A stretch of DNA of 64,000 bases from the NCBI GenBank assembly GCA_964598485.1, contig CAZRCD010000004.1, positions 47,516 through 111,515 on the forward strand, given 5' to 3'. The translations under genes were made by a program, and so were the position numbers. This DNA comes from an uncultured Candidatus Bathyarchaeia archaeon. Its GTDB lineage: Archaea > Thermoproteota > Bathyarchaeia > Bathyarchaeales > Bathycorpusculaceae. Shown piece by piece: positions 56,710 through 64,000 of this stretch (its first letter is position 1; each line of letters opens with the position of its first letter). Under the pieces are notes generated by a model. That model worked only from the letters and a program-made list of their open reading frames with translations, did no database searches and was not told the origin of the DNA.

Positions 56710-57534
56710 CTACCAATATTGTTTAGGTTTCCGCATCATCAGGTAGATTGTTGTAGCTACAAAGCAAACAGTTGTTATCGCTAGAACAATCGCCACGTTT
56801 GTCGTAGTGTCAAGTCCGCCTATACTGCCTTTAAGATCCCAGTAAGTTTGATTCAGGGAAGTGTAGTTTTGATGAAGCTCCCAGAAAGTCTGGTTTAAGA
56901 GAACAAAGTTTTCTGCGGTGAGGTTCATTTGGAAACTTTCCCAAAAAGCTTGGTAAAGCTGCTCAAAAGTGCTGTTTAATCCCCAATAAGTGTTATTTAA
57001 CTGTTGATAGCTTTCGTTCAAATTTTTAAGTGTGTTTTCAAGTTCTTCCAAATAGACATTTCTAACGATGGTAATCGAGAAATTCGGGTTATATTCAAAA
57101 GGCGAGTCTACAATGGCATATCGGAGATGTAGTTCAGCGTAGGTTGCATCCCAAACATCATTGGGTATGTGCACCGTACAGTTATATGGGTATGTATGAT
57201 TGAAGACTAGGGGAATGTTTTCCATTACATATGTAGAATGCAGCGGAGGTTCAGTCTTTTCTTGACCACATCTGAAACCGTAAACTTTGAGGGTGAGGTA
57301 ATCCATGTTAACACCGTCGGCTGTACAATTAATCCACAAATTAATTGTTATATTTTCGCCGGGCGTCGTCTCTTGTGTAGCACTGAATTTGATTGAAATC
57401 CCAGCATAGCTTTTGGAGAAGAAGGTTTGCATCTCGTCCGAAGTTGGTGCTGTGGCGTTTTGAATAAGTGCTAGTGTAAGAATTAGCATAACGGAAATTG
57501 TTGTTAGAGTTTTTAATTTCTTCAATACTTTCAC
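56710..57534 (-). CDS. Membrane-anchored extracellular glycoprotein candidate with tandem N-glycosylation-sequon heptad repeats
   Basis: A signal peptide and a C-terminal TM anchor. There are 14 or more NxS/T sequons, and the C-terminal region consists of roughly 7-residue repeats: NESYQQL, NNTYWGL, NSTFEQL, NQTFWEL, NYTSL and NQTYWDL. Confidence 0.5.
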   Translation of the reverse strand: MKVLKKLKTLTTISVMLILTLALIQNATAPTSDEMQTFFSKSYAGISIKFSATQETTPGENITINLWINCTADGVNMDYLTLKVYGFRCGQEKTEPPLHSTYVMENIPLVFNHTYPYNCTVHIPNDVWDATYAELHLRYAIVDSPFEYNPNFSITIVRNVYLEELENTLKNLNESYQQLNNTYWGLNSTFEQLYQAFWESFQMNLTAENFVLLNQTFWELHQNYTSLNQTYWDLKGSIGGLDTTTNVAIVLAITTVCFVATTIYLMMRKPKQYW

Positions 57535-57717
57535 CGTTTTGAGAGAATTATTGATTGTGTTTTGTGCAGATCTAGTTTATTTAATTTATGCAGAAGATGG
57601 AATGCTTAACTCAGAGATACCAATTGAGTCGCAAAAATTGTTTAAAGCAGCTTCATTCTCGTTTACTATTCAACCGCTTTCCAAAAAAAGTTTTCGAATT
57701 TTGATGCGTGAAAACGG

Positions 57718-57987
57718 TTATTTGATTGAGCGGATGAAGCGTTGGTACATGTAGATGAAGTATATGAGGGCGAAGGCAGTTAAGCCGATTTCGAATGTCA
57801 AGATGGCTGGATTGTTTTCGACAGCCATGAAATATCCATGTTGCAATATGTCAGTGAAGACTAGGATCTGGAGGAATATTGCTCCGCCTAGACAGCTTAA
57901 GCCTAAGCTGTGAAGCAGCAATCGTATTCGGCGGTCATGCGTTGTAGTTTTCATTATTATCGTGAATAGCAAGATGCAATACGTCAA
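57718..57987 (-). CDS. Small membrane protein
   Basis: Three hydrophobic helices in 89 aa. Confidence 0.3.
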   Translation of the reverse strand: MTYCILLFTIIMKTTTHDRRIRLLLHSLGLSCLGGAIFLQILVFTDILQHGYFMAVENNPAILTFEIGLTAFALIYFIYMYQRFIRSIK

Positions 57988-58138
57988 CTTATATGTTATG
58001 AATCATCACACACGACAAAACCTAATTATTACACTTTCTGATTTACAGTTATACTTCTAAAACATGACATATTCAAACTAGTTTCAACATGAGAACTATA
58101 AAGGCGTCTAGTTTTTCTTCGTGTAAATTTTGCAGCAG

Positions 58139-59498
58139 CTATACTCCAACCATATATCCCTTATCTTTCTCAACAAGCACGGTTTCGCTTTTCAAATCTT
58201 CCATGAACTTGGCGAATAAATCTGCATGTTCCGTATGAACAGGAAAAACCTTACGTGCGTTGATCTCTCCTAAAATATTTTTCAGTTGAAGCGGCATTAT
58301 ATGTCCAGAAACGTGCACATGATACTGCGGCAACCCATAATGCCTAAGCCAATTAACCAGCCTCTCAAAGTCAATCTCCATCTCCTCATTGAACGGCTCA
58401 GAAGCAGACAAAACATAGCAGCTGCCCGCTTTCGGGTTGATTTCCACAAGCTCCTCCAAATCGTAAAAAGACATGGCTAAAACTATTTCCCGTTGTCGCT
58501 TCGAAACTTCGAACACATCAACAATTTTGTCTGAATACTCCTCTATAATTTGTTTTTCCCATTTGCGATATTTTTTCTTCGATTTTCGAAATATTAATAA
58601 ACTTTCATCACCCAAGCTTGGAACCTTCAAGTGTTTATCCTTGCGCAACGCTTTCAATATGTAAGCCTGTCTAAGTGAAACAGCAAGACGTCGCCCATTC
58701 TTCTTGGCTGTTCGATAAAAAGAATTCAACCTGTCAACATCAGCATAAGCAAAATCAGCAAGCACCAAACCGCTTGTCTGCCCAACAATAATACTTAACT
58801 TGTTTTTGACTTCTGCTTCGGAAGAAATTGATGCACCAGTCATGTTCGTAGCTTCGGTGACAACCGCAACTGGGTCTGCTTCTTTTGCCTTTTCAACAAA
58901 ATCAGACGTCATCTCAGGCTTCGTTCCATGAGCCCTAAAATCTCCAGTATAAACAACAGCGCCATTAGAAGTATGAATAATGAAGCCATAGGCTCCTGGA
59001 ACAGAATGATCAACATGAACTAGCTCAATCTCTAAACCATCCACAGTAATCGAGTCTCCTGTTCTAAAAGACGTAAACAATACGTCTTTAACGTCAAACT
59101 CCAACGCGGTAGCACGCATTTCACCGCGCCTGCAAAATAATCTTCGTTGTCTCTCCACAGTACACTGGAATTTCACGGTTTATGAAAGATATGTAAGCTG
59201 AGTGATCCATATGGGCGTGCGAAAGGAAAACAGCATCAACTTCTGCAGTCTTATCATCAAACCTGTAAAAGCCTTCAAGTTTCGGCAGAATTCCAAGCTC
59301 TTGCAAGCTTTTTTCGCTTCTAGGCGAAAGGAAAGGCAACGAATAATACTGCTTTTTCAAAGCAAAGGACATGCCAAAATCCAAGAAGATTTTTGTGCCT
59401 CTGTCTTGCAGTAGAATTTTGTTTCCGCCAATCTCATCTACTCCACCATAAAACGTCAACGAAGTGTTTAGCTTCACCAATTCATACACCAACGACAA
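58139..59498 (-). pseudogene. Beta-CASP/metallo-beta-lactamase RNase (RNase J / aCPSF-like) interrupted by a frameshift
   Basis: The N-terminal ORF (59498→59121) carries the MBL motif HAHMDHS. The C-terminal ORF (59176→58139, GTG start) carries the beta-CASP region. The two overlap by 56 nt in different frames around the A-rich tract tgcaaaataatc. Confidence 0.6.
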
Positions 59499-59602
59499 AG
59501 AAACTTTCTGTGTCGTCTATCCTGAATAGGCTTTTTGAACACATAGCGCATGCTAACAATTATTTGAAGATAGTAATATTTTTTAGTAAGTACCATGTGG
59601 TT

Positions 59603-59761
59603 ATGCCATACAATGGAGGTCAAAACGTGGCTAGAAGAAGCAAAAAAGACAAAGCTGCAGGTCGGGAAAAACATAAACAATTAAAAAAAGCTAAGAAGAT
59701 GCAGAAGAAACAGAAAAAGAAAGTTGAGCTTCCTACAAGACATAAAAAAGGAAAAAGATAG
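59603..59761 (+). CDS. Small, very basic Lys-rich protein (52 aa), uncertain
   Basis: Sequence MPYNGGQNVARRSKKDKAAGREKHKQLKKAKKMQKKQKKKVELPTRHKKGKR. The longer track ORF 59393-59761 overlaps the RNase N-terminus antisense, so only this 3' portion is plausible. Confidence 0.2.
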   Translation: MPYNGGQNVARRSKKDKAAGREKHKQLKKAKKMQKKQKKKVELPTRHKKGKR

Positions 59762-59773
59762 TATTAATCGCAC

Positions 59774-61480
59774 TCATTCCTTCAGCTTACCCATCTGTCT
59801 ACAAATGCTTGAAATAGCGAAAATTACACTTGGAAAAGTGAATATACTGAAAACCTTCGTGTACTTCGGATTCCCAACCTTTCTAACAAGTTTAACATCC
59901 CCTCCAGCCTCTAAATAACCTTCAACAAATGCTTTTGTAATGAGCTCTGCTGGGCGCGTTCCCACAAGAGGTGGAAGGTAATGCCCCGTGAAATACAGAA
60001 ATTCGGCAATATCCCAAACCTTGTCACCTTTCCTGGATCCTTGCTCCAGATCGAGCAGGCAGATTTCACCATTTTTTTCTCTAACCATAATATTCTCAGG
60101 TTTTGTATCTCCTAAAGCTATGCTCAGAGCGTGCACCTTTGCGAATTTTTCGCCGACCCTGCTTATGATGCCCAATTCATTTTTCAAACTTTCATCCGTT
60201 TGTGATTTCACGATCCTTTTTATTGTTTTATCGAGTTTTTCTCCTTCAACGTATTCCATGAAAATTAAGCGTTCACCATGGCTTACATGCAGAATCTTAG
60301 GAACATCAAAACCCATACTGTTCAACTGCTGATTTATAGCACATTCCCTTTCAAGCCTCAAGCGTCCCAAAACAGCAAAAGTTCTTGTCCCCAGAGTCCA
60401 TAGATTGAGAGGGAACCATTTAAAACTTGACCAGTCCTTAAACCTTTTAACGACAACTTTCTCTCTGTCATTATTTACAGAAGCACTAACTAAATAGACA
60501 TCGTTGAAAACACCACCAATCTTCTCAATCTCGATTTCAGCTGCCTCGCCCCTTGAAAGCACTCTCCTTGCAAAAGCTTCTATGTCCATTTTAGCTGACA
60601 AAGGAACAAGCCCACGAGCCGTAGGAATACACAGATATTTCAGGGGATCCTCAAGTTGATGGATAGATTTCGAGTTTTCTCTAACATCCCACTGAAAGCT
60701 ATTCATTCCTCTGTTTTGCGACAGAAAACCTAAAGTCTTTGAAAAAGTGCCCAGCAAAGAATTGAATAAAGCCCTTTCGGCAGTCTTGAAAACATTGATA
60801 AAACGAATTTTCTTGCTTTCAACCTTCTCCACAAATTTTTTAGAAATTTTTACGTACCCATCTGAAAAAGTAATTACATCTTCTTCCTCTAATTCCCTTA
60901 ACGCCTCCAAATATCCGCGCATAACCAATTTGACATTCTCTTTTTTAGCATCGTTTTGCATGAAGTTTAACACGGTATAAATCATCGGCGGGAAAAGCCT
61001 AGCTCTGCTCATCATGGTTTCATACATAAAATACTCTGGTTTTATGTGAAAATTGTAGGATAATTCCGGAAAATCCAAAACGAGATTTTCGAAGAGTTCA
61101 AGAATTAAACGCTTTTTCAATTTAACCTCTTGAAGATGCAAGTAATCCTCGTTTTTTAGGGCAACATATGGAAAGATTATTCCTTCAGCCAACGCCTCGC
61201 CTAAAAATCCTCTATCCACATCCCTCTCAAAAACCCATTCGTCAACAGCAAAAACAATAACACTTCTATCATCCAAAACTTTAACATAACTCATCAACCT
61301 AGGCTGAAAACCGCGAATTACAAGCAATACTTCAAGAACTGTTTTCGCATCAGTCAGTCCCAAGGCATAATCACCAACTATACATGCTGTCGTAATTTGG
61401 CACGAACCAGCAATACGCCTGCAAAAACTGACAATTTGCCTTTTCAATTTTCCATCCGGATGCTTCAATTGCCTAGACAA
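59774..61480 (-). CDS. Two-domain protein with an N-terminal uncharacterised, possibly nucleotidyltransferase-like, domain and a C-terminal atypical protein kinase (RIO/Bud32/Kdo-kinase-like)
   Basis: The C-terminus has a Gly-rich loop region (IEKIGGVFNDVYLV), the VAIK-like Lys (VVVKRF), a hinge FMEYVEG, the catalytic loop HALSIALGDTKPENIMV and a DFG-like LLDLEQG. The N-terminal roughly 330 aa has a GDYALGLTDAKT segment weakly reminiscent of Pol-beta NTases. Confidence 0.5.
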   Translation of the reverse strand: MSRQLKHPDGKLKRQIVSFCRRIAGSCQITTACIVGDYALGLTDAKTVLEVLLVIRGFQPRLMSYVKVLDDRSVIVFAVDEWVFERDVDRGFLGEALAEGIIFPYVALKNEDYLHLQEVKLKKRLILELFENLVLDFPELSYNFHIKPEYFMYETMMSRARLFPPMIYTVLNFMQNDAKKENVKLVMRGYLEALRELEEEDVITFSDGYVKISKKFVEKVESKKIRFINVFKTAERALFNSLLGTFSKTLGFLSQNRGMNSFQWDVRENSKSIHQLEDPLKYLCIPTARGLVPLSAKMDIEAFARRVLSRGEAAEIEIEKIGGVFNDVYLVSASVNNDREKVVVKRFKDWSSFKWFPLNLWTLGTRTFAVLGRLRLERECAINQQLNSMGFDVPKILHVSHGERLIFMEYVEGEKLDKTIKRIVKSQTDESLKNELGIISRVGEKFAKVHALSIALGDTKPENIMVREKNGEICLLDLEQGSRKGDKVWDIAEFLYFTGHYLPPLVGTRPAELITKAFVEGYLEAGGDVKLVRKVGNPKYTKVFSIFTFPSVIFAISSICRQMGKLKE

Positions 61481-61536
61481 ACTTCCACCTGAAGCGACAT
61501 AATCATAAACAAAATCTGTAACTCTTCAAGATATAG

Positions 61537-62910
61537 TTAATGCTTTTCAAGAATTTTGCCATAAGTTCTCAAAAACCTCAATGCCATGACTGCCTTTTCA
61601 GGTAAATTATACAGGGGTACGCTAGTCTTCCCTAAGACATTATATACGAGTGCGAAGTCCTCCCCGCCTGCTGGCACGTCAACAACTGGTTTATTTGGAT
61701 ATTTTGCTGCCACGTCTTTAATCACTTTGGCATCTTTCGGTTCAAAGAAGCAAGATTTAAGCATGTTTATCACTAGGACGCCGTCCACGTTTTTGTCAGC
61801 GAGCACTAACTCCAAAACCTTGGAGTATCTTTCAGCTCTAGCGTCAGCTATCATATCTATAGGGTTTGTTGCATCCACGCCCGGGTAGAGGCTTTCAATC
61901 TTCTTCTTGGTGTGCTCAGACAAAGCTGCAAGCTTCAGATTGTTTCTTGCAACAGCATCTGCAGCCAGTATTGCTGGTCCACCCACATTGCTTATAACTG
62001 CCACATTATCTCCGCGCATTGGAGGCTGTTTCGAAAATGCTATGGCTGCGTTCATCAATTCTTCAATGTCTTCAACCCTTATTATTCCAGCTTTTTTGAA
62101 GGCTGCATCAAAGATTTCGTCCGATCCTGCAATTGAAGCTGTATGTGATTTTGCTCTTTTTGCTGATTGCTGTGTTATTCCGCCTTTTAGAGCTAGAATA
62201 GGCTTTTTCTTCACTATTTTTCTCGCTTCTTCTATGAATTTCCTTCCTTCTTTTACTCCTTCCATGTATAGGCAAATGACCTGTGTTTTTCTGTCGTTTC
62301 CATAATACCGTAGCAAATCAACGTCATCAACATCTATTTTGTCTCCTACGAAAGCGAATTTGCTTATGCCAACATTATAAAAGCATGCCCAGTCAAGAAG
62401 ACAAGCGCCGACTCCGCCACTCTGGGATATGACGGCAATACTTCCCTTTCTAGGCATGACGTTTCTTTCAAAGGTTGTGTTTAATCCATTGGCAGTGTTT
62501 ATGACGCCCATAATCGTGTTTGGTCCTAAAATTCTAACGTCATGCTCTTCTTTAATCTTGAGCAGCTGCTGACGCTGTTCATCTTTGAACCCACCAGTAA
62601 TCATTACAAGAGCTTTCACGCCCATTTTCGCGCATTTTTCTGCGTGTTCAACCGATTGTTTTGGCGGAAGCATTATAACCGCAAGTTCAGGAGTTTCTGG
62701 CAACTTACTTAGCTTGTTGTAACCATGTTTTCCATCCGCATCTAAAACGTAAGTTTTTTCACGAAAGAATTTTCTCATATTGTAAATGACGCTTTTGAAA
62801 AGCTGGGGAGAAGCCATTCCAACTCTTTCTCGGATCTTACTTGAACCTACTAGAAGAACCCTTTGCGGTTCAAAGATAGCCTTCACTCCATTCATAGATT
62901 TAGCCTTCAA
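61537..62910 (-). CDS. Acetyl-CoA synthetase (ADP-forming) alpha-subunit-like CoA-binding protein
   Basis: A succinyl-CoA-synthetase-like CoA-binding fold and a ligase-CoA domain (…VMITGGF…, AVISQSGGVGACLLDW, catalytic His region) in a 457 aa protein. Confidence 0.7.
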   Translation of the reverse strand: MKAKSMNGVKAIFEPQRVLLVGSSKIRERVGMASPQLFKSVIYNMRKFFREKTYVLDADGKHGYNKLSKLPETPELAVIMLPPKQSVEHAEKCAKMGVKALVMITGGFKDEQRQQLLKIKEEHDVRILGPNTIMGVINTANGLNTTFERNVMPRKGSIAVISQSGGVGACLLDWACFYNVGISKFAFVGDKIDVDDVDLLRYYGNDRKTQVICLYMEGVKEGRKFIEEARKIVKKKPILALKGGITQQSAKRAKSHTASIAGSDEIFDAAFKKAGIIRVEDIEELMNAAIAFSKQPPMRGDNVAVISNVGGPAILAADAVARNNLKLAALSEHTKKKIESLYPGVDATNPIDMIADARAERYSKVLELVLADKNVDGVLVINMLKSCFFEPKDAKVIKDVAAKYPNKPVVDVPAGGEDFALVYNVLGKTSVPLYNLPEKAVMALRFLRTYGKILEKH

Positions 62911-62991
62911 ACCAAACTTGTTGAGGAAGGAAAAAGATGGCGTTTCAGGTTCATAAATTTAACCGTAGAAAGACTTGAAAAACCAGAGGAT

Positions 62992-64000
62992 TTACCGTGC
63001 TAACAGATCGAACGCTGTTTTTTCAGCCCTTTCCATAACAGCTTGCTCATCTAAAGTTTTCACGTGCCGATTCTCCATCACAATCTTTCCGTCAACAATA
63101 ACCGTGTCCACATCACTTCCATGCGCAGAATAAACGATGTTTGCGTAAATGTCATGTAAGGGTTTTAAATGAGGCTTTGAAAGGTCAACCAAGATTACGT
63201 CAGCTTTTTTGCCAACCTCAAGTGAACCAATGCTTTTCCAAAGTCTCAAGGCTTTAGCCCCATTTACTGTCGCCATCCTCAAAACTTCATACACTGGTAA
63301 AATCTTGGGATTCAAATAGACGAGCTTCTGAAGCAAAGTGGCGATTTTCACTGTTTCGAACATGTCAAGTGTATTGTTGCTGGCTGGGCCATCTGTTCCC
63401 AGACTGACATTAACATCTAAATCAGTCAAATCTTTTACTTTTGCTGCACCTACACCGAGTTTCATGTTAGCGACGGGAACATGAGCTACATTGACGCCAC
63501 GTTTGGACAAAATCTGCATGCCCTTTCTTGACAGATTTGTGCAGTGAGCAGCAAGAACGTGACCGCTAAAAAAGCCTATCTTTTCCAAAAATTCAACTTC
63601 ACTAGAACTATATCTCTTCTCGAACTCCCTGAACATTTCTTTCGACTCAGCTAAATGAATATGAACGCCAACGTTTAATTCCAAGGATTTGTTCTTGATT
63701 TTGGTGAGAAGCTCAGGGCTGCAACTGTTAGCCGCGTGGGGCCCTAAAAAAGTGGTTACTCTGCCATTGGCGTATCCACGGAATTTTTCGGCAAAATTTA
63801 TACTTTCGTTCAGCATTTTTTCGCCTAGTGCCTTGTTTCCAGCTTCAATTATGCCTTCCGCCAAAACACCTCTCAATCCGCTTTTCTCCACAACCTTTGC
63901 AACCATGTCCTCATGGAAATACATGTCAGCAAAACAAGTTGTTCCATTTTTTATCATTTCTAAGCAGCCTAAGAGGGTTCCAACATGAACATCTTCTGAT
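62992..64000 (-). CDS. mtaD: Amidohydrolase of the MtaD/SsnA family (5'-methylthioadenosine/S-adenosylhomocysteine deaminase-like), N-terminus beyond the window end
   Basis: Metal-dependent amidohydrolase motifs (…VGVHIHLAES…, HGxxL/D region). The reading frame stays open to position 64000. Confidence 0.7.
   Translation of the reverse strand, partial: SEDVHVGTLLGCLEMIKNGTTCFADMYFHEDMVAKVVEKSGLRGVLAEGIIEAGNKALGEKMLNESINFAEKFRGYANGRVTTFLGPHAANSCSPELLTKIKNKSLELNVGVHIHLAESKEMFREFEKRYSSSEVEFLEKIGFFSGHVLAAHCTNLSRKGMQILSKRGVNVAHVPVANMKLGVGAAKVKDLTDLDVNVSLGTDGPASNNTLDMFETVKIATLLQKLVYLNPKILPVYEVLRMATVNGAKALRLWKSIGSLEVGKKADVILVDLSKPHLKPLHDIYANIVYSAHGSDVDTVIVDGKIVMENRHVKTLDEQAVMERAEKTAFDLLAR

Noticed and set aside
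59393-59602. The 5' part of the 122-aa ORF 59393-59761
   Set aside because: It runs antisense through the N-terminal exon of the beta-CASP RNase. Only the downstream basic 52-aa portion (59603-59761) is kept, and that only at low confidence.

Overview
This 64 kb window is an archaeal chromosomal segment of about 40% GC carrying roughly 65 protein genes, one clear tRNA and several small unannotated ORFs. The gene content points to a TACK-type archaeon. It has a eukaryotic-type topoisomerase IB, a Sulfolobus/thaumarchaeal-type OB-fold SSB with an RGG/YGRR tail, aIF2-beta next to DUF424, an aIF1A–Rio–KH operon, archaeal LonB, an Hjc resolvase and an Fae domain, which implies H4MPT. Most of the window is housekeeping. 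This includes glycine-cleavage P-protein subunits gcvPA and gcvPB, malic enzyme, glutamine synthetase, HemL-like aminomutase, MobA, CobO, an ABC MacB-like pump and ribosomal protein L35Ae. A tRNA-His(GUG) with a genomically encoded G-1 lies at 29805-29878 on the minus strand. No rRNA, CRISPR array or clear IS or integrase gene is present. Several long ORF-free intergenic regions are unusual for a compact archaeal genome. They carry a recurring GC-rich motif of about 25 nt (4 copies). A 22-nt promoter-proximal motif is shared by the Lon protease promoter and the Hsp20 neighbourhood. A GGTAAT palindrome array sits in front of an ArsR-like regulator and Hsp20. A 20-bp perfect inverted repeat forms a MITE-like element. 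The candidates for genuinely new biology are a DHDPS-family aldolase fused to a formaldehyde-activating-enzyme (Fae) domain, an NTase-like/atypical-kinase fusion beside a frameshifted beta-CASP RNase, and the repeated noncoding motifs. All calls rest on reading the ORF translations and the DNA by eye. No database searches were run.
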